From Felis catus (lineage: Eukaryota), in assembly GCF_018350175.1 (NCBI RefSeq), contig NC_058368.1, positions 225,620,001-225,684,000 of the forward strand: a stretch of DNA of 64,000 bases, read 5' to 3'. This document shows positions 38,486 through 50,732 of this stretch, in pieces. Within the stretch, counting starts at the first letter, position 1. Each line of letters starts with the position of its first letter. Both the position numbers and the translations under genes were made by a program. Under the pieces are notes generated by a model. The model was given only the letters and a program-made list of their open reading frames with translations, had not been told where the DNA came from and did not search any database.

Positions 38486-39839
38486 TAAAATAAAATTACA
38501 AAGTAAGCCCCCCTCCCCATAGGGGGTAGTGAGCAGTCAGTTCTCTGGCTTACACATAGCATTGAAGGATGTAATCTTCTCCTTGAGTTAGAATTGTGGC
38601 ATTTCCAAGGGGCAGCGTTCTCCCTGAGACAGTTTTTAGTTGGCAATGTAGCCTACTAGCTTTTGTCTATTGTGGCTTGTGAGGCAGTGGTAGTTTCTGG
38701 CTCCGAGGGTCCAAACCAACAGCAGATTTCCATAACAAAGGAAACCTGCCTTGCTTCATCAGAATTTCTCCCCAAGGGTGTCCCAAGGCCTGTGATCTCT
38801 CCCCTCTCTCCCCGCCTAGTATTTTAGCAAATAAGTTCTAGTCAGAACAGTCTGTCATTAACATTCCTCAGAAAAACCCTGAGGAGGTGCAGGACAGAAT
38901 TAAAGAAGGGAACGGACTGATAAATATCAGGAAAACCTTCGGGGGTGTGAGCACTGGGTCTGCAGTTCCCAGGCCCCCGTGGGAGGAAAGCGAGGCCACT
39001 TCCCGCAGACGCTGTGGGCTGTCACTTGTCAGGAACATGACTGGCCGGCCGTCCTCACCGTTCCTTCAGTTGTGAGCTGAGGAGCCCTCGCCTTCCAAGG
39101 TGGGGAAGCCTTCGGTTCCTTGCAGCATCCTCTTCAAGCTTTTAACCCAATGTAGCGGCGTCCTTAAAGATTCTGTCAGAGTCTCCTCCAAAATGGCAGG
39201 ACTTGGGTCACCTGAATCTCCCCAAGGCCGGTGGCTGGTGGAGGAAGGCTTCTAGCCAAGCTGGCTGCTTGGAGGGAGGTTTTCCTAAGGGAAGAGGGGA
39301 AGAGTGAGGAGAGGGGCGTCCATGCCAAGGGAAGGCTGGAGACCAGGCCCCAGGGAAGGGAGACCATGGGGTCTGTGAGGGAGGACTGCAGTCATATTTG
39401 CTGGACATTGGAATATCCAATGGGAGTACAGAGCGGGAGACACAGGGTTAGCCTGACCGTGGTGGCTTGTCTGGAAGCACTGTCTGTGTACCCTGAGACA
39501 CACGGACCTATCAGCCTTCTCACACAATCGTCTTTCCAAGACTGGAGAGGATGCCGTGCTTTGCACTTCAATGAATCCCGATGACCTGTGTCCCTCTCTT
39601 TCATGGTGGCACCATTGATACCAGACTAGATTCCCCAGTTGGACGACACCGGAGACAGGCTGGGACCGCACAGGAAGTGAGAACAGTGTGCAGGCGTTAC
39701 GAGAACCTAACCTTACTCTGCTTCCAGAGGCATAATGATTCGATGAATGAATTAATGAATTCAGCACCTGTAGTCCTGGGGGGTTATATTTGTGTCATCC
39801 AGATGCTGCCTGCCATTTGCTTTCTTGTGGGTTTTTTTG

Positions 39840-39962
39840 TTTTTGTTTTTGTTTTTTTCCGGTTTTGGGGTTTTTAAGTAAGCTCTACACCCAATGTGGG
39901 CTTAAATTAAATTCCTGGCCCTGAGATCAAGAGTTACCCGCTCTACCCACTGAGCTAGCCCT
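39840..39962 (-). mobile_element. Short Can-SINE variant
   Basis: taagtaagctctacacccaatgtggg...gagatcaagagt. Confidence 0.8.
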
Positions 39963-40410
39963 CCCCACCCCCTTTTTTTTTAAACAAAGACCAAACATTT
40001 CTTTAAAAATGCTGATAATAATGTGGCATATTTCCTACCTTGAATTTTTGTCCTGTTCTTCCTGTATCTCCTGTATCTCATTTTGTTCATCTTCTGTCTC
40101 ATCAGCCTTACTGAAGTTTACGGAAGCAACTTTTTTTTTTCGTCTTTGATCTCTCTACCCTAATCTTATTTTTCTGAATAAAGTGTTCCATGCGTACAGA
40201 GGATCTTAACCAAGTACAGCTTCATAGGACCTGCCTTGCCCGTCTTTGCGTCCTGCTGCATAGCTCAGTGTTGCGGCCACAGGATGTGCTCAGTAAGTGA
40301 GCACAGAATCGAATTGCTAATCCAAGTACATCGTACACCCACTCACGGTACACGAGGGCTTAACTTTGCCAAAGATCTAGACCTAACTTGCCACTTAAGA
40401 AAAAAAATTA

Positions 40411-40570
40411 GGGGCGCCTGGGTGGCTCGGTTAATTGGGCATCTGACTTTGGCTCAGGTCACGATCTCACGGTTCGTGAGTTTGAGTCCCGCGTTGGGCT
40501 CGCTGCTGTCGTGCAGAGCCTGCTTGGAATCTTCTGTCTCCCTCTCTTCTGTCCCACGCTCTTGTCACTG
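40411..40570 (+). mobile_element. Can-SINE lacking its tail
   Basis: Head ggggcgcctgggtggctc; no A tail visible. Confidence 0.88.
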
Positions 40571-40894
40571 AGCGGTCCCCTGGCCTTGGGTTTGCTTCCT
40601 CCTCCCTGAGGCGTGTCTGGGGACAGTGCCCGTGTAGGGAAGCAGCCGTAGGTATTAAATGAGCCAAGGGGGACACGAAACAGCTGCATTGGACCGTGAG
40701 AAAGATTGCACACCCGCGCTGTAGGTTGGGGCTAGAGACCGTGCTCAGCATTTTACAGCTCACTCCATCCTCATGAATGCAAACCCCAATTTATGCTGGA
40801 CCACGGGGAAAGCTTCCCAAGGCTGTTGCCAGACCTTGTCCTTTTAAGCCCTTGATGTTGTTATGGGATGGACGTTTCTTTCAGTTGTTTTAAA

Positions 40895-41106
40895 ACCTTT
40901 TTTAAATGTTTTTATTTTGGAGAGAGAGAGAGAGAGAAAGCACGGGTGGGGAGGGGCAGAGAGAGAGGGAGACACAGAATCTGAAGCAGGCTCCAGGCTG
41001 TGAGCCGTCAGCACAGAGCCCGACGTGGGGCTCGAACTCACGAACCGTGAGACCATGACCTGGGCTGAAATCAGACGCTTAACCGACTCAGCCACCCAGG
41101 TGCCCC
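40895..41106 (-). mobile_element. Can-SINE
   Basis: Reverse head and tail. Confidence 0.93.
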
Positions 41107-41129
41107 TTATTTGGGGTGTTTTAAAATTG

Positions 41130-41238
41130 ACTTTATTTTTTCTTTTTAAGTAATCTCTATACCCAATATGGGGCTTGAACTCATGACCTTGAGATCAAGA
41201 GTGAGATGTTCTACTAACTGAGCCAGCCAGGTGCCCCT
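41130..41238 (-). mobile_element. Short Can-SINE variant
   Basis: taagtaatctctat...ctgagccagccaggtgcccc. Confidence 0.88.
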
Positions 41239-41239
41239 A

Positions 41240-41309
41240 AAGGTGACTTTAATTTACAGAAAACTTGAGCATATAGCATGGGGTTTCCATGTCATTCTCC
41301 ATGCCCCTC

Positions 41310-41359
<50 letters not shown>

Positions 41360-41510
41360 CCCCTCTTATTAACATGGTACACGAGTGTGGCACGTTTATG
41401 ATAATTCATGAACCAGTATTCTAAAGCCCAAAGCTCACATCTAAGGTTAGCTGTGTTGTAAGGCTCTCTGAGCTTTGACATACACGCACTGTCATCCAGT
41501 GTCAAAATGC
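41240..41510 (-). mobile_element. Old L1 (L1MC/MD-like) 3' remnant containing (CA)n
   Basis: agtttcccctcttattaacat...gtgtggcacgttt...atgaaccagtatt. Confidence 0.55.
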
Positions 41511-42329
41511 CAAATGTTCCCAATCTACTCACAGTACAACGAACATCTTTCTCAAGTAATATTTTATAAGAACGGGATTGTTTCCAGTGGGACAAAACTT
41601 GAGGCCCTGAGAATGTGGTTTCTCTTGCACGGGATAAAATGTGAGTGACACGGTTTGCTGCAGAAGAAACAAACAAACAAAAAAACTACCCCAGAAAGTA
41701 GGGAGCGCAAAAGCATCTGGAGCCCCAGGGAACTAAGGACATTTTAGAACTACCTGGATTGTCAGCCCCTTTGACTCCTCTCTCCGTTCAGTTAGGCTTG
41801 CAGCCTGTAGGGGTGGTTCCGTTTCTTCCACGTACTTACTGGAAAATGCCCACTTAGCCCTGAGTGGCCTTCCATAATTCTTCCTGTCTTTCTGACTGCC
41901 ACTCACGTTGTCTGCTCTCCCGTAACTGGAGTGCCCACTGCCAGCGTCTTTAACTTTTGAGAACGTCACATACGGACGACTTCTAAAAAGACAGCTTTAC
42001 CTTTTCAGGAAATTTTGGTGAAGGAAGCCTTCAAGCCACCATTCTTCTCCCCCAAACAAAACAATCCCATTAAACCCCTCCGTGGTCACTCGAATCCTGT
42101 TTACCATGTTGTCATGGCAACTATTCAGTCCCGCTCTGCAAAGGCCAGGATAAATAGCCATAAATGAAGCCCCGCTCAAGTGAAGAGAGTTGTTCTCTGG
42201 GCGGACCTTGCAAGGTCACAACTAAATTGCGTGATTTTGTCCCGTGGCTTTTGATTTTTATTTTTCCCTTTTTAGTCCTGGGCCATCTTTTAAGATCTCG
42301 GGGGCCTTCACATGTCTTTACACATTTCT

Positions 42330-42770
42330 TGGTGCAATGGGGGGCGGTGGGGGGCGGGTTAGTTAGCTCCTGCAGTTAGAAGTATCGTCAGCAATTGCAA
42401 ATCCCCGCCAGCCTGGACTTCCTTTCAGTAGAATCGGGAATGAATTAAGCAGGCAGAGCCCAAGACACCACATAAAAGCCTGGGAACACCAGCGAGCCGA
42501 AGAAAGCCCGTTTTTGTGTCCGTTGCCTCAGATGCCTGTAGTCCGGACTGCTAAAGATGCCGCCATTTACAGGGGACAAAAGCTGAACGGGCACAAGGAA
42601 CCCAAGGTAGGAGCTCTTCTCTTATTTGAGCTGCTTCAAAGTTTCACGTGCCTTGGAACGATGATGGCAGCGGGAAATTCTGTGGAGACATTCTTTAAAC
42701 CGGGGAGAGACGGGTTTTCCGTCTCCCTGAGCACCAGACCTGTTTAATTTCTCAACAGGTGGGTAAGTAC
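42330..42770 (+). promoter_or_regulatory. Candidate internal promoter / first exon A (headless MYO10)
   Basis: Two GC boxes (42341-42358), CATAAAA at 42471, YY1-like GCCGCCATTT at 42559, donors at 42607 (AAG|GTAGGA), 42759 and 42763 (GG|GTAAGT). Confidence 0.6.
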
Positions 42771-44155
42771 TGATCTTGATGGCATTTCCAAGTTTGAACT
42801 GCTAACGCTTTGTAAGAATGAAGGACATGGTCGCGTAAGGCGTGGATAATGGGATATGCTTTTGAGAGGCAATTCACCTTTTACAGGAAAAACCATTTTT
42901 TAATGTGAGGTTGGGAGGGGAGATTGCTCGTGGTGGTTTCTTTTGTTTGAATTTGTTATCTCGAGGCGTGTCCGTTTAAAAGTTTACACGTTAGGGGCTT
43001 GCAGCTTCTCCTTGTACTTGGTGTGAACCTTTTAAGGAAATCTGCCCAAGCGGAATTTTTGGTTTTTTAATTGCGTTATAAACTGGTTTGTACACAAATG
43101 TGGAAATGGAGAAGTTATGGGAGTCCTTTGGTCATCCATTGACTATCATGTGCTGATTTCACACAAGCAGACCCATGCCAGAAGTTTGCAGTCTGCCCAG
43201 AGAAACCAGATCAGGCACTTTTGGCCGAGATTCTCTTAGTCCCCAAGTAGGTGTCCCCAAAGAAAGAACATAATAAAGAGCGTCTGAAATGCTAATCTCT
43301 GCCTCCACGGACACTTGAATGTGTTCTGTGGATTTCCATTCATTTGCTAAAAGTGCCCTTTAAGGGAGCAGGTTTTAAATGTGAAGGTGGTCTTTCATAT
43401 TAAATCGAGCTACATTTAAAAGAAAGGAATAATAATGTGGCTGACTGCTGCTTAGCTAAATCTACTCTCATGGAAATAAATTTCCAGCGCTAGGTGAAAA
43501 CCTAATGTTAGAATGTGTTTTACCATCTGGTTTAACAGTCTTACAAGTAATTAATCTGACATAAAATGAAATGCCATCGGAAGAGTGTTAGTCACCGGTG
43601 GGAAATTACCACTTATCTCTGCCTCGCTCGTACTGACTTTCCTTACCCGTATTTCCGTGCTGGTTAAGTATGTAGACCCCCAGCTTCAGAATCCCATTGC
43701 TTGGCCCCAGGGCTAGAGTGACACCATACATGTCACTCTGCTGAGCACTGTTTCGCTCACTCGCTGTCCCTGATGAGTGCCCCAGCTTGTTAAAGAATAC
43801 TTTTTGGGAAGACTGATTACAGACACCAGCCCATCTGCACTGCGAGCTTCCTACCTGGGAAGTGACAGCTGCCACGATGGGGTAAACATTTTTTCCCCGC
43901 CCCCCTCCTGCCCACCGTATCAGATGGTTATAGCCCTCAGCCCTCCCACTGTGCATCTTTACTTTGGCTCTTCTTCCTGAACTTCTGGAAATAGCGACCA
44001 ATCAGAATAGCAGCCCCACTCCAGCATTTGAACAAATCCCAGACCCTCCTGTCCCTTTTATGCAGACTGTGGGGCGGTGGGTTTGTTTGTTTGTTTGTGG
44101 GGTTTTTGGTCGTCTAACTTAAATGGCCTTGCATTGGCATTTTCACCAGCCCCCT

Positions 44156-44158
<3 letters not shown>

Positions 44159-44204
<46 letters not shown>
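44159..44204. repeat. (TG)n microsatellite
   Basis: Read directly from the sequence. Confidence 0.95.
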
Positions 44205-44208
<4 letters not shown>

Positions 44209-45489
44209 TGAGAGTATGAGTGATTGCTGTTAGAGACTTTGTTCTAAAACTCCCCACTGCCGCCCAGCAACTTTAGGAAGAGCCGGTTCCCCTCGATGAC
44301 CTTGGAGCAAAGGGCCCAGGTTTGAGCCCAGACCAGAGGGTAGAACTGGGGGATGAATTGCGGCCTGGTGCTCGGGCTCAGAGTCAGCCTCCCTGCATGT
44401 TCTCACAGCCTTAGAGGAGGCCCTCTGCACCTCCATACTTTGTTCAGCATTTTGCTGTGTTGCCCTTTGACCCTGGGGTGTTCTTGTCCTTCCTCAGGCT
44501 GGCTCTTTCCCTGATACACAGAAATACTACAATAAATAGTAACAATAATACAAACACCACCACAGGGGTTTGCCTTCAACCCTCCTCAGTATGAAGGCAC
44601 TACTTTGATTCTAAACTATTTGGAAAACGTGCAAAATACAAATTCAAATGGTTTAACCTTTATGTAAATTATAGTCTACTCTTCATTTTGTAATTGACTT
44701 TTTATTAGCTTACTGTATCTTAAAACATTCCCGTGCCTTTTCTTCCCCCAGGACTACAGAATTCTGTCAGGGGCTGTGCTTTCAAATAGATTCTATTACT
44801 GGATTATTTCCTCGTCGTCAACAGTGTTTCTGCATTATTCATGTGTATGAATACCGGTGCACACTCAAGATTGTCTTTTAAAAGTAAAATTTGTCAGTGT
44901 ATTTGCTAAATCATGGCATGCACGGTCGTGACTTTGACGTATACATACACAGGGCCAAATTGTTCTTCATTTAAGGCCAGCCAACAACGAACAGGAAAAA
45001 TATTTTGCAACGTGTTTCACAGGGGATTTATAGCCCTAAAAAAGAGCCCTTAGAAATCGGTAAGGAAATCCAATGTTCTGATAGAAAAGTGAGTGAAACA
45101 CATGAATGCGAAATTCGCAAAAGGTGATACGCCAGTGGAAAATGGCCTGCGACTTCAATAGTGTGATCAAAGAAATAGGGAGATTATTTTGCCAGTGTGT
45201 AGACTGAATGAGTTTCTTGGTTTCGTGTTGCTTTTTCACAACACGTCCGGAGGTGGTAGGGGCAGGGACGACCATTAACGCACCCGGGGAGTTCCCACTG
45301 TGGCAGCCTTCCCCAAGACCAGTCTCATCCCGTGTTCTGGATAGCGTTTCCTTGCCTCTTTCGGGACAGCCTTCCATCCGTTTTTCCCTCTTGTGCTGTC
45401 AAACGTTCCTTTGCTCAGGGTTCCTTCTCCTTGGTCACACTCTCTTTATATCCAATGTCTCTAAACAGTCTGAAACATTTAATATAGAA

Positions 45490-45890
45490 ATCTATACTGA
45501 AGGGGGCGGGGAGGTGGGAGCATACGGGGAATGCTCCCCTGGGCAGCGCTCACCGCTGTTTGCAAAGAGAGGCCATGCCCGTTTACTTATTTCTAACGCT
45601 CTGCTCTCTAAACTGCCCCGGCCTCCCTGGTGCCGGAAGCTTCCAGGTTGGGTTCTCGCTGCCCCGCCCTCCCAATCCCCTCCCCGCGCGCCCCCCAGGC
45701 CCCCAGGCCTGTGACCTCGCCAGCCACCCCGCCTTCCTGGCACCTGTCTGACTGGGCCTCTCCCCTCCCCCTTTCTCTTGACTGGTTCCCGAGCTGTAGG
45801 CCTGGCCTCACACTCTGCCCTCCTCCTCACCTGCCCGCTCCTGCAGAAATGCTCCCTTCTCTCCTCCGGCCCGCAGCTAGGTGAGTCCCT
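45490..45890 (+). promoter_or_regulatory. Candidate internal promoter / first exon B (headless MYO10)
   Basis: GC-rich island with GC boxes (45503, 45661), ETS CCGGAAG (45633), CCAAT (45672) and strong donor TAG|GTGAGT at 45881. Confidence 0.6.
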
Positions 45891-46112
45891 CAGCACCGCG
45901 TTTTCCCAGCCCGGGGCCCTCCTCCTCAGGCTTTGGCCCCGTAGCCTCAATTTGTAACTGACTTCTTTTCTAGTTTCCTAAAGTTGGCTAGTTCTGGGCT
46001 GCCCTATCGCCTGCAGCACCCTTCAGGTTAGAATGCGTTCATAATTAAATTTCCCCTTCTTTACCTTCCCCCTCCTTGTTTAATCGGGTGTTTCTGATTT
46101 CTCAGGTTATAG

Positions 46113-46310
46113 TAGGAGATCTCCACCGCGGTGCCGTTGACACGTCGGACGGGGCGATCCTTTGCGGTGGGGCCGTGTCCTGGGCAGTGTAGAATATATG
46201 GCAGCAACCCTGCTTTTTCCTACCCAGTAGATGCCAGCGACAGCCCTGTTGTCCCAGGCATCTCCAAATCTCCCCCCAGGAGGCAAAATCGCCCTGGTTG
46301 GCGGCCACTG
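46113..46310 (-). mobile_element. MER20 hAT-Charlie transposon
   Basis: ctacccagtagatgccag and gaggcaaaatcgccctggttg...ccactg match the reverse of the recalled MER20 consensus. Confidence 0.8.
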
Positions 46311-48523
46311 GGTTATGGTGTCCATGCAGATGATTTCTTGGTGTTTATCCTGTTTTTCCTTTGCTCGCGGTTAAAAAAATGGCATCTGTGTACAAGTGAA
46401 CTTGCATTGCACCAGTTGTCAGGGCTTTGAACCTCGTGTTTTGCTGTTGGCTGTGTGGTGAAAACAGAAAATTTCATATCGCTTAACATTTTTCCAGAGG
46501 TATCGATGGAGTCATTTGCTAACATGTATTGTTTCCTAGTACGTAATCTACTAGGACGCGTGAAGTGGGGGTGGGGTGGGGTGCCCTTAATATCGGCGCG
46601 CCTGGCAGGATTACGTAATTGCTCTGTGCTACCCACTTTCTCAGATGAATGGGTGGCCTAGTTTCAGCCGCTCTGAAAGGCTAAAACGGCTCATTAAAGT
46701 GTGCCAGATGCCCCATTTGTCAATGTTGCACTGAAAAAGGAATACTGTTTAGCTCTGGAGTTACGCTGGGCTATACTCCGCTCGCCTTTATGAAATGCAA
46801 GACCAGTGTCCTTGTGAAAAATATTGCCGCGTTCCCGCCTCAATCCCCTCCACGTTTACAACGGTGAAAATTTCGCTACCAAACGAATGGTTCAGAAACT
46901 GTCAAGTAAAGCTTTTTTAAAAGTCCCTTCAGAGACACGAGAAAATGAAGGAGGAATATGCATCATAAGGTTGGATGAGATTTCTGCCTTTGAGCCCGCA
47001 GGGAAAGCACAAGGGTTCGGGGATGAACTCTTGGGTGCCTGGATATTGTTTCCACTGGGACAGTTTCATTAGGGATATTACAGTACGTGAGTAGAACACT
47101 AAAGCAAATTTTGTGGAGCCACAAGATTATGAGGGCCAAATGTAAGGCGTCTTTAATATGTTCATTGTGGCTTGAGAAATTGCAGAAAGAAAATCAGCCT
47201 GGCTTCTTTTCATTTCCTTCTCTATCTTCTCTCTATTTTGGGGGGGTTCGTTTGTTTTAGTATTGACTCTGACACATTGGCCCTATATATCTGATTCACT
47301 GATGTCACTGCATCAATCAATTCCACTGAAACTCTGACAGTTCGATTTATATCAGACCTCACTTGCAGGTCCTGGGGGCAGGACCTCACTTGCAGGTCCC
47401 AGGTCCCATGCAAATTAGGGAAAGGAGGTCCTTCGCCGAGGTGCAAGGGCAGTTTGGACCTGATAATGGCGTCATTTGGATTTGGATTTGGATTGCCAGG
47501 ATTCGAACACACCTGCTGGCACTCAGGGCCAGGCGACAAAGGTGAAAAAGATACAAAACACCGCAGAGCTCCTTGTAAGTGACCATCTCTTAGACCGGTC
47601 ATTGTCTGGAGCCCTGCTGCATCGGCAGATTTTGGGAGCTCCTGCTCTCTGGAGCTGTGCTGGAGGCATTTCCTGGTTTACACACACTTGGGGCTCGGCC
47701 AGTGTCCACAGAGTTAAAGCCTTTCCCTTCTCATGCTCGATTAGAAAAAATTAGCTACAATACAATAGCTGCTTGTTCTCCATTACTCACCTTGCCTGCT
47801 CCCAGCACATCCACGCTCCTTGTTACAACATGTTGACGTTTTTAAATGATTGAGAAGGTGGTTTGGAACTATGGGAAGCGCCTTTAGCAACCGACCTGGA
47901 CGCCCAGGCCTTTCTGTTCTCCGTCCTGGTCATTTTGGTTACCGTGCCTAACACGCCTCTGGCAGGTGCGGTGGGAGCTGTAAAAACCGCCAAGGGGGGC
48001 CCTGGTGTATGGGCATAAAGGAATGGACGCTCGTCAGTTGAATATTAACTATGTTGAGGACCGGGTGCCAAAGTGGAGGAAGGAGCAAAGACATGAACGG
48101 ATCCTGCCTGAATCCTTTCCGTTTCTGCTCATAATCACAGACTGGCCTCAGATGCCGAAACACTGACGTAGGGAAATGCAGAGACTGACCCCGGAGCGTT
48201 TGTTGAGTGCTCCCCAGAGTATGATAGATCATCATCGTGGCTGTAATCCCAGCAGTTTTCTTGCCTAAATCACAGAACTTAAACTCTAATTCAACACCTG
48301 TCCTGCCCAGCCCAGTGACTGTAGCAGTCTACTAACCTGGAACTGTTTCTCTACGTATTCTGGGGCTAATGTCATAAGACTTTCATCACTCTCAGAGAAC
48401 AAGTTGATTTTGTTGCTGCTTGCTAGTGAATAAGGCAGTGTGTCCTTTAGACAATAAATCGGTGACCGGATGATAAAACGGGTTACTGAAACATTTTTGG
48501 ATTAAAATAATTTATGAAGATGT

Positions 48524-48722
48524 GGGGCACCTGGGTGGCTTAGTTGGTTAAGCTTCTGACTTTGGCTTGGGTCATGGTCTCAGTTTGTGAGTTGGAGCCC
48601 CACATTGGGTTCTCTTCTGTCAGTACGAAGCGGCTTCAGGTCCTCTGTCTCCCCCTCTCTCTGCCCCTCCCTTGCACATATTCATTCTCTCTCCCTCTCT
48701 CAAATAAATAAACTTAAAAAAA
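48524..48722 (+). mobile_element. Can-SINE
   Basis: TSD ttatgaagatgt. Confidence 0.93.
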
Positions 48723-49089
48723 AATTATGAAGATGTATCAGGAGGCCACATATCGTGGTAGACTGAGCGAGGTTTTGTGGGAAATGCTGTCCTACCACAT
48801 GTCCCTGGTCTATCTTTTAGGTTGTCTGTGTTCTTCTTGATGGAGTAAGGACAGAAGTCTACCCCTTTTAGGGTGGTGGTTACAAGGATCGACTGATCAT
48901 ATCTGTAAGACTCCCAGCTCACAATGGCACACAATGGCCACGGATGGTCTCTCCTGGCTAGCACATAATAATTATTCTGTTTGTCATGGAAAGAGGTAAC
49001 GAACGTCTCTTGGGAGAGACCATCGATGGTAATTGTGTGGCTGTCCCAGCAAATAGAGATGTTCATTTCCTCTCATGACCTGTCCTTTG

Positions 49090-49306
49090 TATTTATTTTT
49101 ATTGTTTATTTATTTATTTTGAAAGAGAGAGAGAGAAAGCATGATCAGGGGAGGGGCAGAGAGAGGAGGGGGAGAGAGAACCCCAAGCAGGCTCCACACT
49201 GTCAGCACAGAGCTCGACGCAGGGCTCAATCTCACGAACTGTGAGATCATGACCTGACCTGAAATCAAGAGTTGGACACTTAACCGCCTGAGCCACCCAG
49301 GCTCCC
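49090..49306 (-). mobile_element. Can-SINE
   Basis: TSD tgacctgtc. Confidence 0.93.
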
Positions 49307-50501
49307 TGACCTGTCTGTCCGTCGTGTCTCTTCACCACTTACTGAAGTTGGCACCGCACCCTCAGAATTTATAAAGGACATACATTCGTTTTAAAGCAAA
49401 TGTAGAAAAAGGTACATTTGTGGGAAAAGAACACTGAAAACTATTCTTTAAATCCAGAACTGGGGAATGCTGTTGAAGTAAATGGGATCGCTAAAGGAAG
49501 TGGATGGATGTGTTCTTCTGAGAGAGGTGAAGAGAAAAGAGCATTTTATTGTCATACATGTTTTCCTGTGGCCTCGGATTTAGGAACGTGTTTGTTCGCT
49601 GTATATATCCCTTTTATTTATTTACCATTTTGCTTAGTGGACTAGTGTTCAACTTAAAACCCTCTTTCATATGGATTCTCAGGCATCAGTGCCTTAAAGC
49701 AAAGTGCCAGGCTACGGACGAGCTAGTGCAGCCCATCACACATTAGGCTCTTTCCCCATTTGGGGGACCGTGGGGGAGGAGCATCAAATTTAAGCATCTT
49801 GAGCCAAACAGTTCAGAAGCCTGGCCCTCGGTCTGGCTGCTGCAGTGTTTGGGACTCTGTCGAGGCCCCGGGGATGGGAATAACCTGGCCTTTGAGCATT
49901 GCCTGACCTCTTGTTGCCTAACAACTCTCAACTGCTCAGTGGAATATTTTGTGGTGCTCCTAATTTATACTTAACAGATATTGGCTGTGTTTAAGGCTGG
50001 CTAATTTCCCATTATGACTTGCAAACAGCCACTTTAATACATGAATAAGCAAGAGAAAGGACTCCTAGGAAGCTGTGCTCACCAGCACCCCCTTGCCACC
50101 AAGCCTTCATTTTCCTTCTAGAACATAAGTAGAATTTACGAAGGTCTTGCAAATCCGTGACCGTTTCTCTCAGGACAGGCTGCACTGAACCGTTTTCAAG
50201 TAAAATTCTGTTACATTTTTTTCTGATACCCCAGCCAGTGTTCATGGATGTTTATAAGTCCGCTGCATCCATTACCGAAGAGTAACTCCTTCCTTAGCTG
50301 TATTGTTTTAAGCGAACGTAGAGCGGTTGCTTCATCCCTTCATCTCTTCCTGGGTAAATGAGGTGATGGGATGGGGTGATTCTCACACCGCTTCCAGCTC
50401 TCAGCTAACATGATTCTGATGAAATCCTGCTCTTTCTAATAATTGACATCTCCAGTTTGGTGCGTATATTTTTCTGAGTTGCCATTTTTATTTCCATACT
50501 T

Positions 50502-50560
50502 TTTTTAAAAAAATTTTTTTAACATTCATTTTTGAGAGACAGAGTGAGTGGGGGAGGGGC

Positions 50561-50593
<33 letters not shown>

Positions 50594-50732
50594 CAGAACT
50601 TGAAGCAGGCTCCAGGCTCTGAGCTGTCAGCAGAGAGCCCGATGCGGGGCTCGAACTCATGGACCGCGAGATCATGACCTGAGCCGAAGTCGGATGCCCA
50701 ACTGACTGAGCCATGAGCCACCCAGGCGCCCC
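50502..50732 (-). mobile_element. Can-SINE
   Basis: TSD atttccatactt / atttccgtactt; internal 7-bp duplication tgagcca. Confidence 0.95.
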
